NCBI RefSeq assembly: GCF_006345805.1 | Contig: NC_043009.1 | Span: forward strand, 11,346,001-11,410,000 | Origin: Octopus sinensis | Taxonomy: Eukaryota | Reading direction: 5' to 3' | Length of the DNA stretch: 64,000 nt | In this document: positions 13,707 through 27,720 of the stretch, in pieces | How the letters are laid out: the number at the start of each line of letters is the position of its first letter | How positions within the stretch are numbered: the stretch's first letter is position 1 | Position numbers and translations under genes: made by a program | The notes under the pieces: generated by a model | Told to the model about the DNA's origin: nothing | The model's database searches: none | The model's input: the letters and a program-made list of their open reading frames with translations, nothing else

Positions 13707-14550
13707 GCACGCACACACACACACGCACGCACGCACGCACATACACACACACACATACAAAAAATAAACATGTGAGATGTTGTTTGCTATGCGTTGACTA
13801 CGTTTCGCTAAGACGGCTTAATAACTTCAAACACATCCGTAGTTTTCATCAGAGCTACAAAAGATCCGATTAACCTTATTAAAACTTTTATCAATTCAAC
13901 TTTTTGGGAACTTTAATTCTTGCTTTTGAAACATTAAATTTTAACTTCCTTAAATACCTTATGCATACACGCACGTATATACACAAACGTGCACGCATAC
14001 TCAGACCAATGCAACTACAGTTTAACGCCAGTTTATGGCTCCAAGAATCTCGAGACTTGAGTTGAGAATCTGACAAATAAAATGAAGTAAAAAATAAAAC
14101 ACCAGTAGGGCCCAGAAGTACTTGCACATTAAAGTTTTATAAAACTAACATTTTAGCGAAACGAGGGTGACATTCTAAATCTTTAAAGCCTTTTAACCGA
14201 AAGCCAACAAAAACAGACAATATAGTCAGTGAATGAATAGAGTGTATGCACCATGTGACAGTATCCTTCTTCTCCGTCATTTTATATTGACGTCTTTTTA
14301 TATTGACGTGCAAATATGAACATGCAAGCATATTGAAATGTTATTGGATGGTCGTTCACTCTCTTCTGTACAACTGCTCTTTTCTCTTTCAGTGTGTACA
14401 ATATCCCTCGTTCTTACCACTCAAACGAGCAAGCATGTTCCTGCTGCTTTGTCAGTCACCAAAGTCCTGACAATGCTTGAGCTGTAGTGATTCGCATTTT
14501 CTACAGTGACCTATTTCTAATCACCATCATATATATATATATATATATAT

Positions 14551-14712
14551 GACGGGCTTCTTTCAGTTTCCGTCTACCAATTCCACTCACAAGGCTTTGG
14601 TCGGTCCTAGGCTATAGTAGAAGACACTTGCTCAAAGTGCTAAGCAGTGGGACTGAACCCGGAACCATGTGGTTGGTAAGCAATCTATTTACCACACAGC
14701 CACTCCTGCGCC
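14551..14712 (-). mobile_element. SINE family A 5' half
   Basis: Reverse complement of the family A head, abutting (TA)n. Confidence 0.9.
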
Positions 14713-15524
14713 TATAAATGTTGTGTACATTTTATTCAAAGACATCATTGTTATTTGAACTCACACACAAATGATTGTTAATTAGCCAAAAAGCTGTTAA
14801 TTAGACATATTTACTACTTCTGTCGCTACGGTGAAATATTGATTTCGCTGATGAGATCTAATAATGCCAAAACATGACCATAATTTTCTGCAGTAGTTTT
14901 GAAAGAAACAATGTTTCATTAATGAAGCCATATATTACTTTATTGGTGCATAAGTACGTAGTTGGCATTTTTATTCTCATGGCATTGAATATATAAGCTC
15001 AATCTTATTATCATAAATGTTTCGGCTCTCTCCCAACTAAACCACTTCAACAAAAACAATTTTATTTAAATTAAAGGCTAGATTTTGTTTTTGTTCCATT
15101 ACTACATTTCATAAAAGTGTGAACCCGATTCAATCTTAAAGTCTACGAGTCGTAAATGTGTGAAATATTGGCAAAGAAAGACATCATTAGCAATAATAAC
15201 TGACTTGGATAATATTCAAACGTCAACAATAAATCATAATGTATTCTTCAAACAATGATAAACATTCTCTCTTCATATTTGCGAAAATTTCATATATTTT
15301 TTTTTATCATTATTCAGTTATATTTAATAACTCTACAAAGAATCCAATTTTTGGCAACATTCACAAATTTTCAGATAGTGATTTTCAACAAACTATAAAC
15401 ATTTCTAAGACCGTATTTATATTTACCTCTGGGTGTAAACATATATAAGTCATGGGTTACGTTTACATTATAACTTATATAATCTACAAATGTATTACCA
15501 TTAGTTTATCGTTTTGCTGAGAGG

Positions 15525-15600
<76 letters not shown>

Positions 15601-15717
15601 ATTTATGTATGTATGGCATATATGTATATGTATGTATATGTATGCATATGTGACCTCGTCTGTACCACTAGCGATTTTTCCCCTGTCTTCCCTTCTCGGG
15701 ATCTTTCCTTCTCCTAT

Positions 15718-15752
15718 GTTTCCGACGAAGAGCTCCACTCGAAACGTCAAAC
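15718..15752 (+). ncRNA. Minimal type I hammerhead motif (CCGACGA core, GUC site) in Penelope-type terminal repeat
   Basis: gttt-CCGACGA-a-GAG ctcca CTC-GAAACGT-C-aaac; surrounding 15648-15810 is homologous to 46957-47112. Confidence 0.65.
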
Positions 15753-15944
15753 CCTCCTTCTTCCCTTCTTTCCTGAGCTTCCAATAATACTTTATTGTTC
15801 CACGTCCCTGCGTTGTTGTGTTTTTTGTTTTTGTGTTTTCTTGTTTGGATTAACTATATATATAATATACATATATATATAATTATGTAATTATGTAATT
15901 CTTTATGCTTTCCTAAAACTTAATTTCGACGTACGTCCGTAGGT

Positions 15945-16172
15945 GACTTAAAAGTGTATGATAGATTGTCGTCATTTCATTTCTCTCTTACCTGTCTGTG
16001 TTTGCCTTTCAAGTGGTGTGTTTTTAACTGAGATCTCCCTTTTAGTAGAAAGAATAGCTATAACTCTTTGACTGCTATTTCTAAATTCGGTGCGTGGTGA
16101 GGCAATTCGTTGCTAAACCCTTAATTGCTTAGTATATACATATATTATATATATATATATTATATAATATAT

Positions 16173-16216
<44 letters not shown>

Positions 16217-16460
16217 ATGATATATATATGTATGCATATATACAATATATGTATATATATATATATATATAGATAACTTAAAATTGTATGATAGATTGCC
16301 GTCAATTCATTCTCTCTCTTACCTGTTTGTGTCTGCCTTCCAATTGCTGTTTTTACTGAGATCTCCTTTTTTAGTAGAGAATAGCTATAACTCTTTGACT
16401 GCTATTTCTAATTCGGTATGTGGTAAGGCAATTCGTTGCTAAACCCTTTATTGCTTAGTA
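15945..16460 (+). repeat. About 190-bp tandem duplication separated by (TA)n
   Basis: acttaaaa.tgtatgatagattg..gcaattcgttgctaaaccctt..ttgcttagtat at about 15945-16135 and 16275-16460. Confidence 0.85.
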
Positions 16461-16462
16461 TT

Positions 16463-16493
<31 letters not shown>

Positions 16494-17282
16494 TATATGC
16501 ATACCTATGTATTCATGTGTGTGCGTGTATATGTATGTGGTATGATAAGGCAAGACAAACTAGGATGCTTATTGAATATATTATTATTTAATAGAGTGGT
16601 AAACTGCGAAACATGAAACCGAGGCAGTAAACGATGGAGAAGGGTTGAGATTCATTACTTGATGTCTTATTAGTGGTTTGCTTAAGGTTGACTTAATATG
16701 AACACTAAATTCATACGTTTCCGACTTTTACGCAAAGTCAATGCGGAATTTCTAATATTTCCTTTTCATAATAGTTTGAAAGGAGAACATCTGGGATCCT
16801 GAGAACTAAATACACTGGAATTATAATATCGTCCCCATAAGCTTTTGGTTAACACCCTACAGGGTCGACTTCACCTTTCCTCACTCGGGATCAATCGATA
16901 ACTCTATGGCTAGGGCTTAGTAATTTGCTCTTTAAAATGCTTAGAATAGAATTAACAGATGTTATTGGCAGAAATGTGGCAGATTCGAATCTGAAGATCA
17001 TGGCTCTACTACTACTACTACTACTACTACTACTATACTACCACCACCAATGAAAATGACAACTTTATGCACTTCCCGAATTGCATATCACTTCATTTTT
17101 TAATGAACGAATGGAGATTGCTGAAAAACTGGGTGAATGTAACAAGAACATCAATCAATAAACAATGCCATCAAATGTTACGCGAGGAAATTTTGGTTGA
17201 TCACAGTCCAATACAAATAGCTAAATTGTTCGTTTCTACTCTAGGCACAAGGCCCAAAATTTTGGAGTAGGAGGCCAATCGA

Positions 17283-17870
17283 TTAGATCGACACCACTAC
17301 GCAAATGGTACTTAATTTATCGACCCCCGAAAGGATGAAAGGCAAAGTCGACCTCGGCGGAATTTGAACTCAGAACGTAACGGCAGACGAAATACCTATT
17401 TCTTTACTACCCACAAGGAGCTAAACATAGAGGGGACAGACGTACGGATTAAGTCGATTATATTGACCCCAGCGCGTAACTAGTACTTAATTTATCGACT
17501 CCGAAAGGATGAAAGGCAAAGTTGACCTCGTCTGCCGCTACGTTCTGAGTTCAAATTCCGCTGAGGTTGACTTTGCCTTTCATCCTTTCGGGGTCGATAA
17601 ATTAAGTACCAGTTACACACTGAGGTCGACGTAATCGACTTAATCCGTGTGTCTGTCCTCTCTGTCTTTAGCCCCTTGTGGGTAGTAAATAAATAGGTAT
17701 TTCGCCCGTCTTTACGTTCTGACTTGAAATTCCCGCGAAGTTTACTCTGCCTTTCAGCGTTACGGGATCGATTTGATAAGAACCATTTGAGTACTGTAAT
17801 CGATGTAATCGACTTATCCACTTCTCTGAAATTGTCAGCATTGTGCCAAAATCTGAAATCAATATAAAGC
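17283..17870. mobile_element. Cluster of SINE family B units: tandem minus units facing tandem plus units
   Basis: 17283-17530 reverse units joined at aaagaaata|ggtatttcg; 17531-17870 forward units with the same junction. Confidence 0.85.
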
Positions 17871-18350
17871 AGGCAGAAAACAAAGTAATACTTTGAGAAT
17901 ATACGAGATAAGCAGTCATTTCGAACTGTCGCGTAATTAGACCTTATTGATTCTGTATTCGATGTTGTGTTTAATTTAGCAGCTATTCCCCCACAACATG
18001 GATATATTTTCGGTGAGGTCCTACCTTATCAAACCTCATCTAGTGTTGCTGATGGTGAGAGTAGCGTTGTTTGAAACGAAGCTGTTACAGATTGTTTTCA
18101 TGGATCAGACAAATCATTATCTTCTTATCATCGTTAAGATACACTCACACACACACACACACACACAGACACACTCACACACACACGCAATTGCATACAT
18201 AATTCATACATACATACATACATACATACATACCTTCGTACATACATACATACTAGCTATTCAGTGCAAACACCGATTAGTTTCCTTGACGAAATAACAA
18301 TTCGTATTTGAAACTGAATTCATTCCACTCACGTCATCAGTGACGTTAAT

Positions 18351-18396
<46 letters not shown>

Positions 18397-18505
18397 ACAC
18401 ACATACACACACATACGCACATATGTAGAGTAAAAAAGACTGTTATTTAATATACCAACAGTTTTTCTCTGAAAAATAATCCCTGAGAAAAACATGATCG
18501 TCACA

Positions 18506-18549
<44 letters not shown>

Positions 18550-18552
18550 GTG

Positions 18553-18583
<31 letters not shown>

Positions 18584-18596
18584 CAGCAGCAGCAAC

Positions 18597-18645
<49 letters not shown>

Positions 18646-18933
18646 TAGTAGTAGTTCTTTTCTTTTATCTACGTCAAAAATCATTTCATGTACAGCCTTA
18701 TCAATGAAACCAGAGTTAATTGTTTTGTTTGCTTTGAGATATTGTAGCATGTACAGTTTTATGAGAGATATTCGGAATATAATTGTGGTGTTTACTGTCA
18801 TACTCATATTGTCCATTATTTCTGTGTGGTAAGTGTGTTGGCAAAATAATGTTGGTGAGAGACGTAGCAAAATACACAAAATCACAGTGTAAGAAGCCTG
18901 CCACACGGGTTCGGATTTCGTTAGGAATTAATA

Positions 18934-19348
18934 TTGGGTTGTCTGGAAAGTTCGTGCCGATTTATAGTAGCTTACCTTTCGACTTATTTTAGAACATGGT
19001 TGAGTCCATAAAATAGGATTTGACTACACCTCCATTTAGAGCACAGTTTAAGCTATCTTTTCGTGGAAGAAGGTTTATGTTCCTATAACATGTGTTAATT
19101 CTGTGACCCTTTAAAATGGAAGATAAGAAAGTTCATTTTCGGCACTTGATGCTTTGGGAACCAGACAAAAATTGCTCCAGCTCGGCTGGGATGTGTTACC
19201 CCACCCTTCATATTCACCAGATATTGCCCCTTCGGATTTCTACTTATTCAGGTCTCTGCAGAATTATTTTAATGGTAAAATTTCAATTCCTTGGATGACG
19301 TAAAAAGATACCTTGATGAATTCTTTGCCATGAAACCACCCAATTTGA
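18934..19348 (+). mobile_element. Internally deleted mariner element, right end missing
   Basis: TA plus TIR-like ttgggttgtctggaaagttcgtgccga; N-terminal MEDKKVHFRHLMLWE fused to QKLLQLGWDVLPHPSYSPDIAPSDFYLF (mariner YSPDLAPSD motif). Confidence 0.85.
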
Positions 19349-19349
19349 G

Positions 19350-20260
19350 AAGACGGTTATCTTAAACTTTAAGAAAAGTTCAACACAACAACACACCACT
19401 TCCCCGAAAATCTCTACCTTACATATCTACATACAACCCCGAAACAAAGAAGCTTCAACACCATCATCACCCAGAATTTACCAATACTCATAAAAACCCC
19501 AAATTAAAGGAAATTCTAAACATACACCAAATCATTAAAAGCTACAAACAGCCTAAATCACTTAAAAAGATTCTCACAAAGACAAATTGTCTTCTAAAAT
19601 TACGGATGCAAAAGTAAAAAAATGTGGTAGATCGAACTGTGCAACATGTCCTAACCTATTGGAAGGATCAGAATTCTTCTTTAAGAGGGACAGAAATTCA
19701 AGATCAAATCTAACTTTACTTGTGCCTCTGGAAAACATAATTTATGTCATTAATGCTCGGGCTGCCACCAAGACTACGTGGGGGGTCCACGGGACTATCA
19801 CTCAGACGTAGATGCACACTGCATCGACAACAGATTGCATTCCCAGAATATAGAATGATACCTTTTAGTGAACACATTGAGAAATGCGCAAAGCAACTAC
19901 AACCACAATTTTTAATCTTTCCATTTTACCATGTGCTTTCGGATCATCATCACAAATTAGACTTAATAAGGAAACATTCTTCATTGAAAAGTACAAACCC
20001 AGACTCACTATCCGAACTCAATAATACAGAGAAATTCACACTAAAGGAAAAAAATTTTTTAAGCGATTATCTCCCTTACACCGGAAGAAATCACTCACTA
20101 CTTTCCCTTATTTAGAACTCTCCGTAGCAAAAATACAAGGATTACGTTATTAAAAATAAACATTAAGTCACAAGAAATTTGAAGAGCTAACTGCGAAACC
20201 GGTATTTCTTTAAAAATTATAAAATTATGTCATTTTAGGAAAGAAAAAAATTTTTCCAAT
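19350..20260 (+). mobile_element. Penelope-like element 3' fragment (GIY-YIG endonuclease, frameshifted)
   Basis: KKCGRSNCATCPNL; NIIYVI..GCHQDYV/GSTGLSLRRRCTLHRQQI (GIY-YIG with Cys motifs); hammerhead-like motif at the 3' end. Confidence 0.85.
20172..20210 (+). ncRNA. Minimal hammerhead-like motif at PLE 3' end (C3U, degenerate)
   Basis: aagaaat-TTGAAGA-GC taact GC-GAAACCGGT-atttctt; palindromic ACCGGT; cleavage-site register imperfect. Confidence 0.55.
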
Positions 20261-21877
20261 ATTCTCCAGACATTTTGACGCAAATATATATTTTTTAACA
20301 TTTAAAATTTAAGCCTTCTGTCGTTTTTTCACTCTTTACTATTTTCTTATATATTCACCCACGTGCTTTACAAACAAACTTTCTTATTTATATATATATA
20401 TACATACATACATAATGCACACATGCACATATAATAGGCTTCTGCACAAATTTCACTAAACACTCTCTACTCAGAAACTACTGGTCAATCTGACAACATA
20501 GGACGCACAGTGTGTGTGTGTATGTGTGTGTCTATACATACATACGTACATATAAAACTTGAATATGTCACTGTAAGGAGCAAAAATAATCTCTAGTATA
20601 ACTCTATATTACATACTTATCATATGTCCCTCGTTCAGCCACCTTCCATCATATCTTGCTCTTTAAAATGCTTTAACTCTGTATAAAATATCCTTAGTGT
20701 TTTTGATTTACTTGGGCGAATGAGTTTGTTTTTCCCCCTTCTTTCTTTCCTCCAATATCTCTTAATTATGTTTATATTATCTGTTGCAAGGATTGATCGA
20801 GAGATAGAGGTCATTTTTCGCATGATATAAAATTAACAATGAAGCCTCACCTTTACTTTGAAGTCAATTTCTTTTTGCTTTTTAATATATCCTCAGTTAT
20901 GTTCACGAACGACTAATACATGAGAACTACGGCTGATACTACTCTTCTTGAAATTATTCTTCCAGTGCTAACTTTGCCGTTCATATTAAAGTATTATATT
21001 CGTGATAAATTGATGATCGAGAGTGCAACAGAAATTTTCATTTAAATTTACACATTATACATTTTGCATCTGGCCTTGTCTTTATATATAGATAATAAAG
21101 CAAAAACGGTCACTTATCAGTGGTTTTAATTTATTTATTCGTTAGATCAAGAGATCTAGCTGAATTTAAACAAACTATTGTCGCTATCGATATGTCCACA
21201 ATATTTTGTAATTTGAAAGAAGTTTAAAGGACGCATCTACCATCTAGAAAAACAGATTAAATTCTCAGTGCTGTATTATCCTGACCAACTGTGTGTTGAT
21301 GGCAATATGACGAGATATTAATATACAGAGAAATACATGGTAAAATAGATTTTCTAGAAAGCAATTCAACATTTTGAGGTGTTTGTATTTTTCATTAGGA
21401 ATCATGTTTTAGAGCTCTGCAGAGAGTATTTTCCTTTTAATATTGGATACAAATAACGAACGTAAATTGATGGAATCGTTTGAGCGTTAGACATAACGTT
21501 GTATGGTATTTGATATCGGTCTTTGCATTCTGATTTAAAATCCCTACCGAGATCAATTTTGTCTTTCAACATTCCGGAGTCAATAAATTATGTTACCAGA
21601 CATGTACAGTAATCAATTTAATTAAATAACGCTCCCCACTGTTTTCCTGGTAACTTTACCTATGTTAGAGATTGCATTGGGCATTGATATGAGACAGGCA
21701 CAGATTTGGGTCGATGGTTAAGAAATTAGTTTTACTACACCATGTTTCCGAGTTTGACATAGCTGTGAGCTATCCTGGTTGGGAAATATTTTTGGTAGTA
21801 ATAAGTTAATTGACAAAAGTTTTCAGAATACGTCAGAATGTATGTATGTATGTATGTGTGTATGTGTATTGATGGAT

Positions 21878-21924
<47 letters not shown>

Positions 21925-21939
21925 CACACACACACACAC

Positions 21940-21972
<33 letters not shown>

Positions 21973-21975
21973 TAT

Positions 21976-22270
21976 GGAGGCACATAGCCTAGTGGTTAGA
22001 GCAGCGGATTCGAGGTCGAGGGATCGTGGGTACGAATCTGAGACCGGGTGATGTGTGTGTTAATGAACGAAACACCTAAGCTCCACGCGGCTCCGGCAGA
22101 AGGTAATGGCGAACTTCTGCTGACTCTTTCGCCACAACTTTCTCTCACTCTTTCCTCCTGCATCTTGCAGCTCACCTGCGACGGACTGGCGTCCTGTCCA
22201 AGTTGGGAATCTATGTGCCAAGGAAACCGGGAAACCAGCCCTTATGAGCCAGGCATGGCTTGAGAAGGAA
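21976..22270 (+). mobile_element. SINE family C relative (tRNA-like head) within (TA)n
   Basis: A/B-box-like tagcctagtggtta..ggtacgaatct; body shared with 22738-23038. Confidence 0.8.
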
Positions 22271-22737
22271 CATATATATATATATTGAACAAAACCCCCA
22301 CAAATTAGAAATCATTAAACAAATATTAAACTTACGAGAATTAGAATCCCTCTGAAAGACAATATATACAGTTGAAAGTGTGTATAAGTGTATGTGTGGT
22401 TGTGCAAGTATGTATTTATATGTATATAAGTGGGAATCTCTGACCTGGAAGCTAGGGATGATAATATTGCATAACAAGGATTTGGTAAATAATGGCCAAG
22501 AATTTAAGTTGTTGACTGAAATAAGTATTCTGGGACGATATAGTTCCCTAAAAGCCTTAATGATACTGACCATAAGAGTGATGAAGAAATATATTATTGG
22601 TGACAGTGAATGTGGGGGTCACTCCTGGTGCTCTGACGAGGAAGATGATGGTTGTTCTAGTGAAAATAGCGACAATAATGAATTGTTAATAATTCTATTC
22701 GATCTCTCATAGTTTTCATTATTTTACGATCCATTTA

Positions 22738-23038
22738 GGCGCAATGGCCCAGTGGTTAGGGCAGCGGACTCGCGGTCGAAGGATCGCAGTTTCAATTCCC
22801 AGACCGGGCGTTGTGTGTGTTTATTGAGCGAAAACACCTAAAACTCCACGAGGCTCCGGCAGGGGTGGTGGCGACCCCTTTGTACTCTTTGGCCCCAACT
22901 TTCTCTCACTCTTTCTTCCTGTTTCTTGAGTAACGCTACATTGGACTGCTGGAAGGGGAGGAGACACATACGCCAGAGAAACCGGGAAACCGGGCCCATA
23001 AGCCTGGCTAGGCTTGGAAAGGGCGGAAGAAAAGAAGA
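22738..23038 (+). mobile_element. SINE family C (tRNA-derived head; possibly octopus OR-type), tail type 1
   Basis: ggcgcaatggcccagtggttagggcagcggactcgcgg head; 12-bp TSD acgatccattta at 22726-22737 and 23039-23050. Confidence 0.9.
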
Positions 23039-23706
23039 ACGATCCATTTATCTTACTTTCCAGATAATTTAATAAATATCGATAACTTACAATTGCACCA
23101 GATATTAGTTATTGATAATTTTAATTTTCACTCATGGTTATGTGTTTAACACACAAAACATCCACATGAATAGATTCATATTATCATACTTTCACACATA
23201 AATACACATACGCATACAAACACATTCATATACACACACGTACACACGTACGCACACTCACACACATACACACGCACATACACACACATATCTTTTATAG
23301 ACTTCTGTAGACATTTATCAGTATTCCTCGTGCTATTAAAATCAAACGGCCATGTTCATGAAATTTAGTAACTTGCGAAATATGAAAGAATTTATATTTT
23401 ATTAAAATAATTAAACTTCAAAATTAGCTGTATTATTAATAATAATAATAATGACATAACAAATTCACCCACCATCCGCCAACTAGATGTAAACTCTGGT
23501 AAAAATCACTTAATTTCTTTCTATTTTTTCTTTGTTAATAGTTTATTTCAAACTTAACTATCGATTTTTGGCCCTTTTTGATTATTGACGTTCGGTAGCC
23601 ATCAGATATGCGCAGTGACATATTTCCAAAAGCGAAACGTTAAAACTTGTAATTGGTACTGTCACAGCCGTTGCTATTTTGCGTCATTAATATTAGTTAT
23701 ATGTTT

Positions 23707-23751
<45 letters not shown>

Positions 23752-23783
23752 TATTATTATTATTATTATTATTATTATCATCA

Positions 23784-23859
<76 letters not shown>

Positions 23860-24035
23860 TATTATTATTATATTATTATTATTATATTATTATTATTATT
23901 TATTATTATTATTATTATCATCATCATTATTATTATTATTATTATTATCATCATCATTATTATTATATTATTATTATATTATTATTATTACTATTATTAT
24001 TATTTTAAAAGAAGTCATTGCTGCTGCTGCTGCTG

Positions 24036-24108
<73 letters not shown>

Positions 24109-24150
24109 GCTGCTGCTGCTACTGCTGCTGCTGCCGCTGATGCTGCCGCT
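23707..24150. repeat. Compound trinucleotide array (TAT/CAT, then TGC/TAC/GCT)
   Basis: Directly visible; source of the poly-Y/I/L/T ORFs. Confidence 0.95.
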
Positions 24151-24792
24151 GATGCTTGTGGTTAACTAATTTCGTTTCTGTGAAATTCTGTAAAGGAGAA
24201 AAATATTTGGTTGTTTTATGCCTCTACTTTGTAATTAAAACATATTTCAAGTGCAAAATATAAAAGTGTGTAATTTATGCCTTGGTGTGATTTGATCAAC
24301 TATTTGACAGCAGAAACGCTCATTAGTTGAAATGGGAAGTAAATTGAGAAGTGTGTGTATGTGTGTGTGTGTGTGTTTGCATGTGGCTGTACGGGTAGTT
24401 ATAAGAATTGTGGCATAATATAAAAATAGCATGATAAAAATAATAAAACTAGACAGAAAGTCAACAGTGAACCGGGTGGTTGAGATGTAGACATATATTT
24501 CTTCGAATACTACTCTCAATGTTGCAGCAATTTCGTATTCAAAGGGTTACACATGGTACTAGCTTCCTGGGTAGGAATTATCAAAGATTTTTGAAAAGCT
24601 ATAAGAATGCAGTGTATAAATATGTGAATGTTTCGTTCCCAAAGAATTCCTATTGCAAATTCTGTAAAAGAACAAGACTAATAAAATGGCGTTCTCTCTA
24701 TGGACAGAAATGTTTTACAGTTATTTAGCATCTTTAAATTAGTGTAATCCTTCAAACTTCATACTGTCCTGCCAAGTTTAATGATTATATAA

Positions 24793-25181
24793 GCACTAGC
24801 ACTATGACTCGGCGTTGCCGGGTCATAGTGCTAGTGCATATACAGTCGTAGTGCATATACAGCTGCGTGCGTGCGCACATACACGCGAGTACTGTCCAAA
24901 TCTCCGTCCAATCACATACAGCTAGCTGGCATTCAATTGGCGTATCAAGATTCGGGCATTTTGATTGGGTTTTGGATAGAAAATTCACGGAAAAGTCACT
25001 TCTATTGACTTTTTAATGGCTTTGTGGGATGACTGGGGAAACGTAAAGATGTGCACGACCACCTTTGGACGGTTTTGAATGACCATAGAAAGTGCGAACC
25101 CTCTAACTGAAAAATTGTGGATTTGTATAAAGGACAGACACACACACACACATTTTGCCGTTTATATATATATAGAGATTA
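24793..25181 (+). mobile_element. Helentron/DINE-1-like non-autonomous element (HINE-like)
   Basis: 5' actagc..cggcgttgccggg hairpin; 3' (CA)n plus gccgtttatat..agagat; both ends shared with 35193-35576. Confidence 0.6.
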
Positions 25182-25611
25182 TCTTGTAGCTATCAAATTT
25201 TGATGATGTGATTATATAATTTTAGAATGTCAATGTAGACTAGCCGTGTGAGACTAGATGTAGCTGGTATGAACAGAAAAAACGTTAAGATATTTTGACT
25301 GGATATTGCTTGTTTAAATGCTAGAGGGTTAAAATCCAGCCTAGATGGAGTATCTCTATAAAAGCATTGGATAAACGACGAAGGTTAACATGTGAGTTTT
25401 ATTTTTCAAAGATGTATGAGAATGTTGATCCTTTTATATTCACAACCAAACCAGTCCGGCTCCAGTATTGCAGTTTCCAGAATCTCTGGGTTTATATCTT
25501 ATATAAGAAGTAATGTTCTATTTTCAACAAACGTGGTCGTTTCGTAGCTAATCTACATAAGATCCATAAGTTGTGTTTCGCTGCCTTTAAAAGTCTGTAA
25601 CATTCTTGCTT

Positions 25612-26102
25612 TGCTGTGTGGTAAGAAGCTTTCCTCCCAACCACATGGCTGCGGGTTCAGTCGCACTGCATGGTACTTTGGGCAAGTGTCCTTTGTTATA
25701 GTCTCGGGCCGACCAGAGCCTTGTAAGTGGATTTGGCAGACGGAAACTGAAAGAAGCCCGCCCAACATATATCCACCCTACACACACACATACACACACA
25801 CGCACGCACACAGATAGATAGATACATATTCATGCATGCATGCAACATACATACATGCATGGATACATACATACATTCATACATACATAAATACATACAT
25901 ACATGCATACATACATACGTGTGTGTGTGTGTCTTTATGTCTGTATTTGTTCCCTCACCACCGATGTTGGCGTATTTACGTCTCCGTCAACTAATGGTTC
26001 GGCGAAAGGAAACCGATAGAATAGTACTAGGCTCTAAGAATATGTCCTGGGGACGATTTGTTCGCCTAAAACCCTTCAAGGCGGTGCTCCAGCATGGCCA
26101 CA
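25612..26102 (+). mobile_element. SINE family A, diverged
   Basis: Head, microsatellite spacer and tail align to other family A copies. Confidence 0.85.
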
Positions 26103-26699
26103 AAGTTAAAATAAGCTGTCTCCCATAAAATAATTATAATTTGCTGCAAAATATATCATGCTTCCTATACTTGATTACAACACCTTTATCCCTGTCCTAA
26201 ACCGAGCACCAGTTCTCTTCGAGTAGGGCATGTTTTTGAGAAACACCAATGTACGTTAGAGCGCCTTTATTGAAAGGAAATATCCTTATTTTGGCAGGAT
26301 ATATTTCAATCAACCAAGCAAGCGATTTTCGGTCATTCTGCATCGTAAAGTACTGAGATTTATTAATTATTTTTTTCTGTATTCAATTTATTTTCTATCA
26401 GATTGTTTATGTTAGACAAGGAATTGCTTCAATCTAGATTGCTTTAACGATAAGTCTATTCACTAGAGACACTGTGCTACTTTATCTCGGATTGACAATA
26501 GTCTCTTTCTCACTTCAACAACAATACTCGGCATAAATGGGTCAATATCTTTGAGGCGAATAAGAAATTGTTTTCCGAATTCCTATTCTGAAAGCAAAAA
26601 CTAATTTCATTCAGAAAAAGAAAATAAGAAACGGTTGAAATACCACGATAACCACCACCACTGCCACCACCAGGACCACCCCCACACCACCATCACCAT

Positions 26700-26773
<74 letters not shown>

Positions 26774-26785
26774 AACTAATACTAG

Positions 26786-26816
<31 letters not shown>

Positions 26817-26965
26817 AAGGTTAAAATTAATTAATTAATAATTAATAATTTTACCAAGTAGTTCGGCATGTTTAAAGAACCATTATCCGTAAACTTTAAC
26901 AAACATTCTTTATAATTATACTCATAATCATAAGAATTTTTGTTTATATATATACACTATTAGTA

Positions 26966-27001
<36 letters not shown>

Positions 27002-27009
27002 CTCTCTCT

Positions 27010-27082
<73 letters not shown>

Positions 27083-27088
27083 AATCCA

Positions 27089-27131
<43 letters not shown>

Positions 27132-27286
27132 GCATATGCATATGCGTATTTATATGTATATACATATATATATGTATATATATAGTTATGTATAGATATG
27201 TGTATATATGTTCATTATATATATACACATATATGCATATATATACATATATATATACATACATATATATATATATATGTTCATAT

Positions 27287-27317
<31 letters not shown>

Positions 27318-27321
27318 CATG

Positions 27322-27363
<42 letters not shown>

Positions 27364-27371
27364 TATGTATG

Positions 27372-27417
<46 letters not shown>

Positions 27418-27484
27418 TATATATATATATATATATATATGGTAAATGAAGACAGAAGAAGATGGAAGATATGAGAATTTTTAT

Positions 27485-27573
27485 TATCACGACAATTGTT
27501 TCGACACATCTAGCATCGATCACTCACCGGTGGGACACTTAACGGCGGTGCAGATGTGTCTCATCGGGTGATA
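27485..27573 (-). ncRNA. Type I hammerhead motif (CCGAUGA core, GUC site) in inverted PLE terminal repeat
   Basis: tatcac-CCGATGA-GACACATCT..AGATGTGTC-GAA-ACAATTGT-C-gtgata: 6-bp stem I, 9-bp stem II, palindromic stem III. Confidence 0.8.
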
Positions 27574-27677
27574 CATACGTATAACTCGTTAATATAAAAG
27601 TTCTGCAATGTATCTTCTCATTTCATTAAAAGAAAACCAACGAAACAAAGGATATATGTACGTACACACACACACAC

Positions 27678-27719
<42 letters not shown>

Positions 27720-27720
<1 letters not shown>

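Noticed and set aside
14848-14880. CTGATGA as a hammerhead core
   Set aside because: No stem II, GAAA replaced by AAAA, and no NUH site.
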